A stretch of 64,000 nucleotides of DNA from Alphaproteobacteria bacterium (GCA_009785175.1 WQWV01000001.1:60963-124962); one strand, 5' to 3'; positions 50,106 to 61,254 are shown, numbered from the stretch's first letter. Notes: generated by a model from the letters alone, not told the origin. A program made the numbers and translations.

Positions 50106-53100
50106 TCAAACCTTTTTAATCGAGAATTTTATCGGCGTCCCCGCAACTTCGACAATTCCCTCGCCCGGCGCGAAGGATACCGCAAGCACGGTCTTCTTAA
50201 TCTCTTCCGCCCAAGCATCGGAAATCTCTGTGCCCGAATAGGTAAGCTCGATCCGATCCGCCACATGAAACCCGGCGTTTTTGCGCTCTTCTTGCACCGC
50301 ACGCATGAAATCGCGCATAAGCCCCTCTTCGACAAGCGCAGGCGTCAACTCGGTGTCAAGCATTACGACCGCGGAGTTGTCGATTGTTGCTTTGCCTACG
50401 ATACCGTCCTTCACCTCGACCTTTATTTCGAATTCTCCGGCGGCAAGTTCATAACCCGCGATTTTGCAAACGTCGTTCACGATTTCATACTTGCCCTCCC
50501 GCGCGGCGGCCTGCACCTCGCGCAAAGCGGCACCAAGGCGCTTTCCAACGATCGGCGTGAATATATAAAGCCTCGACTCGGCATATTTATCTATGTCGCT
50601 TACGATATCGACATACTTCACGTTGCATTCCGCGTCGATAAGATCGATATAGTCGCCAAGCTTGTCAACGTCCGATGTCGCAATGGTCATCTTGGCAAGC
50701 GGCTGACGGTTTCGCATACCGACTTCCTCGCGTAAAGCCTTCTGGGCGGAGCAGACAAGGCGCACGGCCTTCATCGCTTCGACAAGCGGCGCATCGAACA
50801 CCTCGACCTTCGACCAGTCGGTCAAATGCACCGAGCCCTCGCCGGTGATTTCGCGCCATATATAATCGGTCGTGAACGGCAGCATGGGCGCCAGCATTTT
50901 GCAAAGCGTCCGCAAAACTACATACAAAGTATTGAACGCTGCCTGTTGCTCCGCGCTTGAAACCGACGTGCCCCAGAACCGCTCGCGCGATAACCGTATA
51001 TACCAGTTGTTAAGCTCGTCCATGAACTCTTCCGCCTCGCGGCAAACGGCGGCAAGGTCGTATGCGTCCATAGCGGCGGTGATCGCTACATGAACCTCTC
51101 CTACTCGTGCAATAATATACCTATCCAACACATGGATCGAAGACAGGTCGCGCTCGGCCTTTATTCCGTCGGCGTTTGCATACAAAGTAAAGAAGTGATA
51201 GGCGTTGTAAAGCGGCATTACGGATCTGCGCGCAGCCTGCATAACCTCGGTTCCTTCTTTCGAGATACGCAAAATCTCGCCCTTCAACACCGGCGAGTTC
51301 ATCATGAACCAGCGCAGCGCGTCGGAACCGAATTTGTCGATGAACACGTCTGGTTCCTCGTAGTTTCCAAGGCGCTTGGAAAGCTTCTGCCCCTTCTCGT
51401 CGAAGACAAGGCCGATGCAGTTGCAGGTCTTGTATGGTATCTCGTCGAACAAAGCTACGCCAAGCACGGCCAACGAATAGAACCATCCGCGCGTCTGGTC
51501 AAGCCCTTCGGCGATAAAGTCCGAGGGATAGTTCCGCTCGAACCATTCCTTGTTTTCAAAAGGATAATGGACGTTGGCGAACGGCATCGCGCCGGATTCG
51601 AACCAACAGTCGAACACGTCCTCTATACGTGTATAGATCTCGCCGTCTTTTTCGAACTTTATCTCGTCTATATACGGACGATGTAAATCCACGACCTTCT
51701 TGCCGGACAATTTCTCAAGCTCCTCGATCGAGCCGACGACGATCACCTTGCCGCTTGGCGATTTCCAAACGGGTATGGGCGTGCCCCAGAAGCGTCCGCG
51801 GGATATGGACCAGTCGCGCGCTCCCTCAAGCCACTTGCCGAACCGTCCGTCCTTTATATGCTCGGGTATCCAGTTTATGTTTTGGTTTTTCGCGACAAGC
51901 TTTTCCCTGATCCCGGGCACTTTGACGAACCACGAGCTCATAGCCATATAGATCAGCGGCTTGTCCGTGCGCCAGCAATGGGGGTAGCTATGCGAGATCT
52001 GGTCTTTTTTGAAAACCGATCCCTCGGCGCGCAGGCGTTCGATTATCGGCGCGTTCGCGTCGAACACAAGCATGCCTTCAAAGTCCGGCACCAACCTGTT
52101 GAATTTCCCCTCGCCGTCCAAAGGATTGAAAAATGCGGTGTTCGGATACGAACTTGCGAAAAGCTCGAAATCGTTTTCACCGAACGCCGGGGCGATGTGA
52201 ACTATGCCCGTTCCGTCGGCATCGCTTACGAATTCGCCGGCAAGCACTTTGAACATGGGAAAGCTATTCGCATAGGGGAACAGCGGCTCGTATGACATAC
52301 CGACCAGCTCGGAGCCTTTCCTAACCGCAACCATCTCCGCATCGGCCAGCTCTTTTTTATACGCCGCCGCACGCGATTTTGCCATTATGACTTTATCGCC
52401 CGAAGCCAGTTTATAAACTCCGTATTCTATATCTGCGCCCACGGCAAGCAGCATGTTCGACGGCAGCGTCCAGGGGGTCGTAGTCCAAGCCAGCAGATAT
52501 TCGCCGGTCGCAAGTTTGAATTTCACCGTGATCGCAGGGTCAAGACGGTCGCGATAACACCCGGGCTGATTTACTTCGAAATTTGATAACACGGACTCCG
52601 CCGCCCATGAATAGGGCATGACACGAAAATCCTCGTATATAAGGCCTTTCTTGTAAAGCTCTGCGAACGCCCACACCACGGATTCCATATAGGTCTTGTC
52701 CATGGTCTTGTAATCGTTTTCCATATCGACCCAACGGCCCATGCGACGGATCGAGGCTTTCCAGTTGGTATCATAAGCCATTACGAACTCTCGACCCTTT
52801 TCCACGAACCTATCGACACCGTATTCCTTGATCGCCTTCTTGCCCGAAATCCCAAGCGCGCTCTCGAGCTTTAGTTCAAGTGGCAAGCCATGACAGTCCC
52901 AGCCCCAACGCCGCTCGACCCGAAATCCTCGCATGGTCTTGTATCGTCCGATGGTGTCCTTGTTGTATGATTGAAGCACGTGGCCGTAATGCGGAGTTCC
53001 GGTCGCGAAAGGCGGCCCGTCGTAAAATACGAAATCGTTGGCGTCCGCACGAATTGAAATGGATTTTTCAAAATCTTTTTCCAAATCCCACTTCGAAAGC

Positions 53101-53168
53101 ACTTCCTGCTCCAAAGCGTTGAAATCCGGCTTGGGCGAAGTTTCGCGATAATGTTTTGCGCTTGACAT
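50106..53168 (-). CDS. ileS: isoleucine--tRNA ligase, type 2 (eukaryote-like)
   Basis: 1020 aa; HYGH motif (TPHYGHVLQS); KMSKR region; type-2 C-terminal architecture. Confidence 0.9.
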   Translation of the reverse strand: MSSAKHYRETSPKPDFNALEQEVLSKWDLEKDFEKSISIRADANDFVFYDGPPFATGTPHYGHVLQSYNKDTIGRYKTMRGFRVERRWGWDCHGLPLELKLESALGISGKKAIKEYGVDRFVEKGREFVMAYDTNWKASIRRMGRWVDMENDYKTMDKTYMESVVWAFAELYKKGLIYEDFRVMPYSWAAESVLSNFEVNQPGCYRDRLDPAITVKFKLATGEYLLAWTTTPWTLPSNMLLAVGADIEYGVYKLASGDKVIMAKSRAAAYKKELADAEMVAVRKGSELVGMSYEPLFPYANSFPMFKVLAGEFVSDADGTGIVHIAPAFGENDFELFASSYPNTAFFNPLDGEGKFNRLVPDFEGMLVFDANAPIIERLRAEGSVFKKDQISHSYPHCWRTDKPLIYMAMSSWFVKVPGIREKLVAKNQNINWIPEHIKDGRFGKWLEGARDWSISRGRFWGTPIPVWKSPSGKVIVVGSIEELEKLSGKKVVDLHRPYIDEIKFEKDGEIYTRIEDVFDCWFESGAMPFANVHYPFENKEWFERNYPSDFIAEGLDQTRGWFYSLAVLGVALFDEIPYKTCNCIGLVFDEKGQKLSKRLGNYEEPDVFIDKFGSDALRWFMMNSPVLKGEILRISKEGTEVMQAARRSVMPLYNAYHFFTLYANADGIKAERDLSSIHVLDRYIIARVGEVHVAITAAMDAYDLAAVCREAEEFMDELNNWYIRLSRERFWGTSVSSAEQQAAFNTLYVVLRTLCKMLAPMLPFTTDYIWREITGEGSVHLTDWSKVEVFDAPLVEAMKAVRLVCSAQKALREEVGMRNRQPLAKMTIATSDVDKLGDYIDLIDAECNVKYVDIVSDIDKYAESRLYIFTPIVGKRLGAALREVQAAAREGKYEIVNDVCKIAGYELAAGEFEIKVEVKDGIVGKATIDNSAVVMLDTELTPALVEEGLMRDFMRAVQEERKNAGFHVADRIELTYSGTEISDAWAEEIKKTVLAVSFAPGEGIVEVAGTPIKFSIKKV

Positions 53169-53214
53169 GATACGTTCCGTTTCTTAATCTGATACCGCGG
53201 AAAATTATAAGGGT

Positions 53215-54900
53215 TTGATGGCAAAAGTAAAGTCCAAAATGGTATATGATGTTGCTGTAATAGGCGCCGGACACGCGGGTGTCGAGGCTGCGGCTGCGGC
53301 TTCGCGCATAGGTGCCAAAGTAGCGTTGATTACGTTTAGCCGCGACAACATTGGCCAGATGTCCTGCAACCCCTCGATCGGCGGACTTGGCCGTGGGCAT
53401 TTGGTGCGCGAAATAGACGCGCTTGATGGCATCATGGCACTTGCGGCCGACAAGGCTGCAATCCAATATCGCGTTCTAAACGAATCCAAGGGTCTTGCCG
53501 TCCGCGGTTTAAGAATTCAAGCCGATAGAGGATTATACCAGCGCGCCGTCGCCGAACTTCTTCCAAAGAACATTGATATTGTCGAAGCGGAGGCCGAAGG
53601 TTTCTCCCAAATAAAAACCGGATTTGAAATAAAAACCGCGGCGGGCATTTTGGAATCCAAAACCCTTATCATGACCACCGGCACCTTCCTAAACGGTCTT
53701 ATAAGTGCCGGCACAGAAAAAACCGAAGGTGGTCGCATAAACGAAAAACCCTCCAAAAATCTATCAAAAAGCTTAAAAAAAGCCGGGTTTTCACTTATAA
53801 GGCTCCAAACCTGCACCTCACCCCGCCTTGATAAAAGCTCTATAAACGTCAAAAAAATCGAAGCTCAAGAAAACCAGGCGCTATGCGAACCGTTTTCCTA
53901 TATTAACCCAATCCCAACTATAAAACAACACTCCTGCCATATAACCTATACGAACGCCAAAACCCACGAAATTATAAAAAAAGCAAGCGCCGGTCTCCCA
54001 CTTGCTAAAGGCACCGGCCCACGCTATTGCCCCTCGATCGAGGACAAGGTCCGGCACTTTCCACACCACCCCCGGCACCAGGTTTTTTTGGAACCCGAAG
54101 GCGATAATTCCGACATAGTCTTCCCCAACGGCATAATGACCACGCTCTCGCAAAAGGCACAAGACGCGTTTATACGCCTGATCCCAGGCCTTGAAAAAGT
54201 GAAAATATTACGCTATGGCTACGGTGTGGAATACGACACTATCGACCCGCGCGAATTATCAAGCACACTTGCAAGCAAGCGCATCCCAAACCTTTTCTTC
54301 GCCGGTCAAATAAACGGGACCAGCGGATACGAGGAGGCCGCGGCGCAAGGATTGGTCGCCGGCGCCAACGCAGCGCTATACGCCGCCGACAAACCACCGC
54401 TTGAAATCACCCGGGCCAATTCGTTCATAGGCACCATGATCGACGACCTGACCACACTTGGCATAGACGAGCCGTATCGCATGTTCACAAGCCGCTCTGA
54501 ATATAGGCTTTCGCTAAGGCAAGATAACGCCGACATACGCCTGACGCCTATTGGCATCAAAGCGGGATTAATCGGCAAACCTCGCGCCGAGTTCTTCAGA
54601 AACAAACTAGCTAAAATAAAATCGGGCGACGCCGAAGACCGCTTCGTCGCCACATACCTTAGGGCCGAAAAAACCTACGCCGGATATATCAAGCGCCAAG
54701 AACGACAGATCGCAGCCTACAATGCCGACCTTAAATTAAAAATCCCGCTCTCCATAGACTACGCGAAACTCCCCGGCCTTACGAACGAAGCCGTGCAAAA
54801 ACTTTCCCGCGCGAAACCTGAAACCATAGCGGCTGCGTCGCGCATTCCCGGCATAACTCCAGCAGCCATAATTGTCCTATTGTCTTTTATAAAAAGATGA
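53215..54900 (+). CDS. mnmG: tRNA uridine 5-carboxymethylaminomethyl modification enzyme MnmG (GidA)
   Basis: FAD motif [15 protein letters not shown]; 561 aa. Alternative start at 53239. Confidence 0.9.
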   Translation: MMAKVKSKMVYDVAVIGAGHAGVEAAAAASRIGAKVALITFSRDNIGQMSCNPSIGGLGRGHLVREIDALDGIMALAADKAAIQYRVLNESKGLAVRGLRIQADRGLYQRAVAELLPKNIDIVEAEAEGFSQIKTGFEIKTAAGILESKTLIMTTGTFLNGLISAGTEKTEGGRINEKPSKNLSKSLKKAGFSLIRLQTCTSPRLDKSSINVKKIEAQENQALCEPFSYINPIPTIKQHSCHITYTNAKTHEIIKKASAGLPLAKGTGPRYCPSIEDKVRHFPHHPRHQVFLEPEGDNSDIVFPNGIMTTLSQKAQDAFIRLIPGLEKVKILRYGYGVEYDTIDPRELSSTLASKRIPNLFFAGQINGTSGYEEAAAQGLVAGANAALYAADKPPLEITRANSFIGTMIDDLTTLGIDEPYRMFTSRSEYRLSLRQDNADIRLTPIGIKAGLIGKPRAEFFRNKLAKIKSGDAEDRFVATYLRAEKTYAGYIKRQERQIAAYNADLKLKIPLSIDYAKLPGLTNEAVQKLSRAKPETIAAASRIPGITPAAIIVLLSFIKR

Positions 54901-54907
54901 GTAATAT

Positions 54908-55459
54908 ATGCCCATGAAAAAATTCTTCGCCCTATTTCTTTTCCTTTTCACAAGCGCGAACGCACATGCCTCGTGGGTCGGCCGATACTTCGATAACATG
55001 GGGCGCGAGATCGGCGAGATTTGGCGCAAGCCGGATAGCTTCGATATCGCCTCTCCGTTCGTGATGTGGCATAACCGCCTTTTCTGGGACGAGGACGAAG
55101 CGCGTCGGTTCAACGAAAACCCCCGCGGCGGCGGCATAGGCCTTACCAAGGATTACGATAAGCGCGAGGCGGGATTGGTCTTTATGGCCTTCCACGACAG
55201 TTTCGAGAAGATACAGATAATATGGGGCTACACCTCGTTGCACAAGGCGAGCATAGTCGGCGATCTCAAGGTCAACTACGGCCATATCTTCGGCATTCAC
55301 CAGCGCTATAATTATATAAGCTATACGCCGATCCCTATGCCGCTGCCTATCGCTGGATTGTCATACGGCCCATTATCGGTGGACGCGACGTATATCCCCG
55401 GCTGGCATAACTTTGGAAACGTCTTATTTGTGTGGGCAAGACTTAGGATTGAGTTATAG
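54908..55459 (+). CDS. pagP: lipid A palmitoyltransferase PagP homolog
   Basis: Aligns with E. coli PagP: RFNENPRGGGIGL ~ RYNERPWGGGFGL, and SYGPLSVDATYIPG...NVLFVWARLRIEL ~ GYGPVTFQMTYIPG...NVYFAWMRFQF. Confidence 0.75.
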   Translation: MPMKKFFALFLFLFTSANAHASWVGRYFDNMGREIGEIWRKPDSFDIASPFVMWHNRLFWDEDEARRFNENPRGGGIGLTKDYDKREAGLVFMAFHDSFEKIQIIWGYTSLHKASIVGDLKVNYGHIFGIHQRYNYISYTPIPMPLPIAGLSYGPLSVDATYIPGWHNFGNVLFVWARLRIEL

Positions 55460-56290
55460 GGCCGCCTTTATCTTCTCGATAGCCCGCGCAATTCCATCCT
55501 TGTCGTTTCTAAGTTTGCAAACCCAAAGCAGCAGAACCGGCTTTATCATACGTCGCATGGCCACCTTTCTAAGCAGCGATTCGTCCGCATTGTATGCTTC
55601 AAGCATAGGCCTGACGGCAGTATCGCCGATATCCATGAAATCCGCCGCCCGGTCAAGATAACCGGATTCCGTGAAGTCGATCACCCCGACATTTTTACCA
55701 TCGAAAATAATATTATGTCCGCCAAGGTCGCCATGCGAGAACACCCTGTCTTCGCCAAGGGCGATTAAAACTTCGGGCATCTTCTTCATCATCAGGTTAT
55801 CAAGTTGCCGAGCCTGCTCTTTAGTTAAATGCAAATTGATTAAATCTTTACATGAACGATAGCGCTTCTGCCACTCCGCGATTTCCCACTCGACGGTATA
55901 TACGGGCACGCCGGGCACCAAAAGCGTATGCAGCTGGCCAAGGAACCGGCCAAGCCTTGTCCCGATCATCTGCTTCTCCTCGGGCGCAAGGTCAAGCTTG
56001 AACATGGGCTCTCCCACTACTCCGTAAAGCGCAAGATATTTGCCTTTATTATCCACACAATCGACACTTTGGAATTTGATGTCGGTGTCGATGGTATTCA
56101 CGGCTTCAAGTACCCGAGCCTCGTTTTCGTATTTCACTCCTGCTGTGCGCGGGAATTTGAATACAAGCTCGCCGCCGTCGACAATATATGCGCGGCTGTG
56201 ATATCCCATTTCGTTAAGGACAATATTGCGCCCTCCGCCAATAAGCTTTTCTATTATATCAAGTTCTTTTTTAATCATGGGAAACTCCAC
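55454..56290 (-). CDS. phosphotransferase (APH/choline-kinase-like) family protein
   Basis: Catalytic-loop HGDLGGHNIIFDG and DFTESG (DFG-like) regions. Confidence 0.65.
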   Translation of the reverse strand: MEFPMIKKELDIIEKLIGGGRNIVLNEMGYHSRAYIVDGGELVFKFPRTAGVKYENEARVLEAVNTIDTDIKFQSVDCVDNKGKYLALYGVVGEPMFKLDLAPEEKQMIGTRLGRFLGQLHTLLVPGVPVYTVEWEIAEWQKRYRSCKDLINLHLTKEQARQLDNLMMKKMPEVLIALGEDRVFSHGDLGGHNIIFDGKNVGVIDFTESGYLDRAADFMDIGDTAVRPMLEAYNADESLLRKVAMRRMIKPVLLLWVCKLRNDKDGIARAIEKIKAAL

Positions 56291-56303
56291 AAACGAAGTT
56301 TTT

Positions 56304-56382
56304 TGGTGGCGGGGGTGAGAATCGAACTCACGACCCCGGGCTTATGAGTCCCGTGCTCTAACCATCTGAGCTACCCAGCCAC
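56304..56382 (-). tRNA. tRNA-Met (anticodon CAU; elongator versus Ile-lysidine not resolved)
   Basis: Cloverleaf with anticodon loop CTCATAA; T-arm GTGAG-TTCGATT-CTCAC; CCA encoded. Confidence 0.8.
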
Positions 56383-56448
56383 GGAGCGTATGATACTACC
56401 ACGGTCTGAAAAATCAAGCTCAAACTAATGACGCGCTGAAACCATAAA

Positions 56449-57129
56449 TTACCTGAATTTCAATTTCAACGCGTTGCGCGGGGCGTTGCCCTGGCACTTT
56501 CCGTCAAAGCTGATACCAACTATGCCCTCGCCGCCGTCAAGATACATCATTTCTTTTAATCCTGCCTCGCGACCCATATTGGCGAACTCGGCCAAGCTCA
56601 CGGGCTCCATGCTGTAAATCACTTTCAATTTGGCGCCTGGCTTATCGTATCCCAATCCTATGCGGGGCGCGCGATGAGTATATTTGGAAAAGTCTTTGGG
56701 TATACTGCCGCCGATTATCAAACGCGGTCCGTTTTGAAAAGCGCGCGATACGTTTTTCATACCTCCAGCCATGTCGGTTTTAATGAATTCCTCGTTCGAT
56801 TTTATAGCTACGCGACCAGAATTATAGAATACGACCACACCGCCCAACCCATCCAGGTTGAAATTGTCCTTGGTCTGTATGGCAAGCTTGTCCCGCGACA
56901 CGAACGACGGATCCCACTTGCCGGTCATTGAATGATAGACTCCTCCGGTAGGTGTTCCGTCGCGATGATGAAGCGGACCGGTGAATACAAGTCCGTCGTT
57001 TCCACACAAATCATGCACAAAAGACATTTTCTGCTCGCCAAGGTCGATATCGCGCTCCGCAGCTTTGCAAAGCAAAGCTCCCGCCGCGAAAAGCACCAAA
57101 ACGGAATGTCTTAGATAAGTTTTGACCAT
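56449..57129 (-). CDS. secreted hypothetical protein (possibly phosphodiester glycosidase/DUF2233-like)
   Basis: Signal peptide; 226 aa. Family assignment is weak. Confidence 0.4.
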   Translation of the reverse strand: MVKTYLRHSVLVLFAAGALLCKAAERDIDLGEQKMSFVHDLCGNDGLVFTGPLHHRDGTPTGGVYHSMTGKWDPSFVSRDKLAIQTKDNFNLDGLGGVVVFYNSGRVAIKSNEEFIKTDMAGGMKNVSRAFQNGPRLIIGGSIPKDFSKYTHRAPRIGLGYDKPGAKLKVIYSMEPVSLAEFANMGREAGLKEMMYLDGGEGIVGISFDGKCQGNAPRNALKLKFR

Positions 57130-57159
57130 TCCGAAATCATAGCCAAAAATTCTATAATG

Positions 57160-57753
57160 TCAAGTGATCGCGGCGATCCGCTTCTCTACGATATTCCAAT
57201 CCACAAGATGATTCAAAAACGCATCCGCAAAATCCCCTCGTCTATTCTGATAATCTAAATAATACGCATGCTCCCACACGTCCAAGCAAAGTATAGGCGC
57301 CGCCCCATGTGCGATGGGATTATCCGCGTTCAAACCCTTGGTGATTTTATATTGCCCATCTTCATGAATAAGCCACGCCCAGCCCGAGCCGAACACTCCG
57401 ACCGCCGCCTCCTTGAACTCGGCTGCGAATTTATCGAATCCTCCGAAAGCGTCGTTAAGCGCCGCCGGAAACGCGGTGCCTGAATCTTTGCGCAATGTGG
57501 CAAAGAAAAAGGCGTGGTTGAACACCTGCGCTGCGTTGTTGAATATCCCGGACGTGGTCGGATTCCCGGCTGTTTTAGCTATTATTTCATCTAAACCCTT
57601 GCCGGACCATTCCGTGCCCTCGATAAAACCGTTAAGGTTTTTTATATACGCCGCCATGTGCTTGTTGTAATGAAAATCGACCGTCCGCGCGGACATATAC
57701 GGCTCAAGCGCATCGCCGGCAAAAGTCAATGGATATTGTTTAAGGTCGAACAT
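57160..57753 (-). CDS. sodB: Fe/Mn superoxide dismutase
   Basis: FHYNKHH, DVWEHAYY motifs. Confidence 0.9.
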   Translation of the reverse strand: MFDLKQYPLTFAGDALEPYMSARTVDFHYNKHMAAYIKNLNGFIEGTEWSGKGLDEIIAKTAGNPTTSGIFNNAAQVFNHAFFFATLRKDSGTAFPAALNDAFGGFDKFAAEFKEAAVGVFGSGWAWLIHEDGQYKITKGLNADNPIAHGAAPILCLDVWEHAYYLDYQNRRGDFADAFLNHLVDWNIVEKRIAAIT

Positions 57754-58222
57754 CTTGGCCTCCTAGCTTTCCTGTTTTCTCGTCATTTCCTATATAGAAC
57801 TTGTATGCTTTGGGTTCGAAAGCAAGGACGATTATATTCGGATCTTCCAGCTTCCATCCCGAATGGATCCAATCGTTCCTCCAATACCTATCCCTGGCCT
57901 CCGCACCGGTAATAACGCTCATTATACCATAAAGTCGCACGACATGATGTGTCGTCTGGTTATAGTAATAAAGGCACGCGCGCGGGTTCGCCGCGATCTG
58001 CGCCACCTTGTGCGAATTTGCGAAAGTTAGGAAATGAAGGTTAAGATCGGTGGCGTCCTTGTTGTCCGCGTTAAGGATTGTTCGAACATCGGGATAGCCG
58101 CCCTCGCCGTTTGTTGCAAGCTCTACCGTAGCACAACCTCTGATTATTTCTAAAATTGATTCCTGCATTCTCATATCATAGCGCGAAACCTGGCCGCACG
58201 AAAGCAGTAGATATTCCTTCAT
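57740..58222 (-). CDS. pyridoxamine 5'-phosphate oxidase-like FMN-binding family protein
   Basis: Start at MKEYLLL (58222). The ORF-track extension overlaps tRNA-Ala and was trimmed. Confidence 0.5.
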   Translation of the reverse strand: MKEYLLLSCGQVSRYDMRMQESILEIIRGCATVELATNGEGGYPDVRTILNADNKDATDLNLHFLTFANSHKVAQIAANPRACLYYYNQTTHHVVRLYGIMSVITGAEARDRYWRNDWIHSGWKLEDPNIIVLAFEPKAYKFYIGNDEKTGKLGGQDVRP

Positions 58223-58248
58223 ATAATCGGATAAAAGACGAATGTTTC

Positions 58249-58324
<76 letters not shown>

Positions 58325-58420
58325 AAGACCAAGGGATTTATACACTCCGGCTTATAAAAAAGCAACTTGAAAAATGCAAAAGCCAAAAACTCCTCAAATC
58401 GAGGCGATTGCGACGGTTCG
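58325..58420. repeat. repeat modules upstream of tRNA-Ala (GACCAAGGGATTTAT; CTCCTCAAATCGAGGCGA)
   Basis: Shares modules with the virB8/virB9 intergenic regions. Confidence 0.5.
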
Positions 58421-58507
58421 GAATAAAAAATAAAAAGTAAACGTATTCTCTACTACGTGCTTTTTAATTTTGACTGAACCTAGCAGGCGCCGGATTTCAC
58501 GGGTTTT

Positions 58508-58789
58508 CTACTCATCATCTGAAAACTTACCGCCGGCAACATCTCCGCCCATATCGTCAAAGAAAATCTCGGTATCCGATACCTCAAGCTCGTCCTCGCC
58601 GTTGTCGATATTCGCAGCTTCGTCGGGTTGCCGCGCCGGCTGGGCCTTCTTTTTGCGGATCGCTTCTATTTCTTTTTTGGTATCAAGGGCCTTCTTGCAC
58701 TTTGGACAAGCCGCGTCCGCACGGTTCATATCGTAAAACATTCCGCTGCACGACGGGCAAATATGTTTCCTTCCACGCGGGTCTGCCAT
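58508..58789 (-). CDS. FYDLN_acid-family zinc-ribbon protein
   Basis: CPSCSGMFYDMNR...CPKCKK, then an acidic C-terminal tail. Confidence 0.6.
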   Translation of the reverse strand: MADPRGRKHICPSCSGMFYDMNRADAACPKCKKALDTKKEIEAIRKKKAQPARQPDEAANIDNGEDELEVSDTEIFFDDMGGDVAGGKFSDDE

Positions 58790-58844
58790 TGAAACCTCCT
58801 CTTCGGATATATATCTAATCCGACAACCCAAAGTCAAGAGGAAT

Positions 58845-60044
58845 TTATTTAATGTGTTTGTTGATGCCTATAGAAAGATACCCGACAAATACCGCCGCAA
58901 GCGTCAGAGGGATAAGATACCAGCGCAGCCACTCGTATCCCCCGTATATACCGATCAGAAGCAGGCCGACGAACGATATGATTCGCCCGGTGTTAAGCGC
59001 GGCGTCGCGGAACACGAAATACTCGACCTTGTGCTCCTTGGTTATATATGACGACTTGGAGAGGTTATAGAAATTGATCAAGGCTATTTTATCAAGAAGG
59101 GCGGCGGCTGTCGCATATACGAAATTGTATATCAAAAACGTGGCCGCCATGGGCTTTGATACGAACAATGCCACCCCTCCGAACACCGCAAGCGTCGAGA
59201 TCGCCAATATCCTTGGAAACATGGCCCTGCTCCCGAACCGGCTGAATAAAAATGCGGTAGCAAGCGAGAAGGCGGCGAATATGGTCGTGAACATGCCAAG
59301 CTTGAAGTCCGTCTTGAACATATATACGGTATACATGGTGATGATTGTGCCAAGCGGCGCGGATAGCGAGATTCCGCGCAACATTTCTATCACGAACATC
59401 TTGGCGATCGCCGTATGACGCATGGTGCAGCGCCAAAACCCCTTGAAATCCGGCCCGTTTGGCGAACGATAGGTCGAAGGCTTTATAAACATGGCGATAG
59501 AGAATTTTATCAGACATACGGCCATAAGCGCCTTTGCCACCTCCTCGTAGGATCCAAGCGTGATGAAAATGCCAAGCGCTATAGGCGCCACTATCTTGGT
59601 AAGCCCGCCGAACAGCGCCCGGTATCCCGTGAACCGCGTCATCGAATCCGCCGGCACCTTCTCGGCGACAAGGTAATGAAGCGGCGCCCAATACATCGCT
59701 GCGGTAATACCCACCATTATGCTAAGCGGTATTATATAGCCGACCACCGCCTCGCCCAAAAACACTATCGCCGAAAGGAAAAACATATCCGACGCCACGC
59801 CCGCACGGAAAACCACAACCCTGTCCTTCCTTTTTATCCAATTCGCCAACAAGAAGTATGCGACCAGGACTATTATATGAAGGAATATGTTGTAAAGCGA
59901 TATGGAAACCATCTCGCTTGCCGAATTCTGCATTATGAAGGATACGAAGAACGCGCCCATGAAAAGCACGGGAACTTCCTTGAGCGCAAGCGAAGCCAGA
60001 AGCAGCTTTGCGTCCCTTGTTAATTTTGTATCCGGCGCACTCAT
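58845..60044 (-). CDS. multi-TM transporter (MFS-like), tandem paralog D
   Basis: Start at MSAPDTKLTRDAK. About 12 TM helices. Shares the C-terminal IGIYGGYEWLRWYL with 60041..61240. Confidence 0.6.
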   Translation of the reverse strand: MSAPDTKLTRDAKLLLASLALKEVPVLFMGAFFVSFIMQNSASEMVSISLYNIFLHIIVLVAYFLLANWIKRKDRVVVFRAGVASDMFFLSAIVFLGEAVVGYIIPLSIMVGITAAMYWAPLHYLVAEKVPADSMTRFTGYRALFGGLTKIVAPIALGIFITLGSYEEVAKALMAVCLIKFSIAMFIKPSTYRSPNGPDFKGFWRCTMRHTAIAKMFVIEMLRGISLSAPLGTIITMYTVYMFKTDFKLGMFTTIFAAFSLATAFLFSRFGSRAMFPRILAISTLAVFGGVALFVSKPMAATFLIYNFVYATAAALLDKIALINFYNLSKSSYITKEHKVEYFVFRDAALNTGRIISFVGLLLIGIYGGYEWLRWYLIPLTLAAVFVGYLSIGINKHIK

Positions 60045-61240
60045 TTTATATACCTGTTGATTTTTATGGAAAGATAGCCTATCGCCACCACGGACATGAT
60101 CAAAAACACCAGATACCACCTAAGCCATTCGTAGCCGCCGTATATGCCGATCAGCAACAGGCCGCCGAAAGCTATCATCCGCCCGATTGTAAGCATAGCC
60201 TCCCTTAAAGTAAAATATTCGATCTTATGTTTATCTTTGACACACGACTTCTTCGACACGTTATATACGTTTATCATTGTAATAGAAGAAATGAGGGTAA
60301 TGGCAATCGAAGACACTAAATTATATAAAATGAAGGTCGCCTCCGACACCGCGAATACAAACAGCAGAAGGGAGCAGCAAAGTCCGATTGTCGAAACGAC
60401 AAGGATCGGGGGAAACATCCGCGGCTGTCCGAACTTTCCGAATACATAGTTTGTCAGTATTGCGGACATAGCGAATACCGTTGTAAAAATTCCAAGGTTC
60501 AGGTCCGTTTTGAATAAATATACCGTATACATGGTTATAACCGTCGATAGCGCGCCGAACATGGATATTCCGTTAAGCACCTCTATAAGAAACAACTTTC
60601 GTATCAAGGGTGTTCTTTTTATACTTCTATACAAACCCGCAAAGTCGGGCCCGCTCTTCTTTACCCGTTTTTTCGGCGGCTTCAAAAGGGATATGCATAA
60701 AAAATCGAGCGCGCACACGACCAAAAGCGCGCCGGCCACGCTTTCATAGGATTCGATTGTTATAAAAAAGCCCAACAGCACGGGCGCTACCACTCTTGTG
60801 ATGCCGGTCATCATGGTTCTATACGAGGTGAATTTCGTCATCGATTCCTTCGCCACGACCTCGCCTGCCATCGTATGCATAGGGAGCCAGTGCAGCGCGT
60901 CCCGCATTCCAAGAAGGATTCCCATCGGGATCACCCAATGCACCACCTCGCTGCCCAAACCGATAATCATTAAACAACATATCGCGGACGGAAGCACGCT
61001 AAGCCTGAATACGTTTATTTTATTTCCTGTCTTAAGCTTTCCGACCAAGGCAAAAAATGCGATTATTTGTATGATAAACCATGACAAGGTCAACACCGAG
61101 ATGGCTTCTATTTCATTTTGCACGTTGCGCATAACGAACGAAATAAAAAATGTGTTAAGGAATAGGGCTGCGACGTTATATAGCAAATGCACGGCGATAA
61201 GGGCCTTGGCGTTCCTAGTCAATTTGGCATTTGTGTTCAT
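60041..61240 (-). CDS. multi-TM transporter (MFS-like), tandem paralog C
   Basis: Start at MNTNAKLTRNAK; stop overlaps the paralog D start. Confidence 0.6.
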   Translation of the reverse strand: MNTNAKLTRNAKALIAVHLLYNVAALFLNTFFISFVMRNVQNEIEAISVLTLSWFIIQIIAFFALVGKLKTGNKINVFRLSVLPSAICCLMIIGLGSEVVHWVIPMGILLGMRDALHWLPMHTMAGEVVAKESMTKFTSYRTMMTGITRVVAPVLLGFFITIESYESVAGALLVVCALDFLCISLLKPPKKRVKKSGPDFAGLYRSIKRTPLIRKLFLIEVLNGISMFGALSTVITMYTVYLFKTDLNLGIFTTVFAMSAILTNYVFGKFGQPRMFPPILVVSTIGLCCSLLLFVFAVSEATFILYNLVSSIAITLISSITMINVYNVSKKSCVKDKHKIEYFTLREAMLTIGRMIAFGGLLLIGIYGGYEWLRWYLVFLIMSVVAIGYLSIKINRYIK

Positions 61241-61254
61241 TTCTATTTTCCTGT

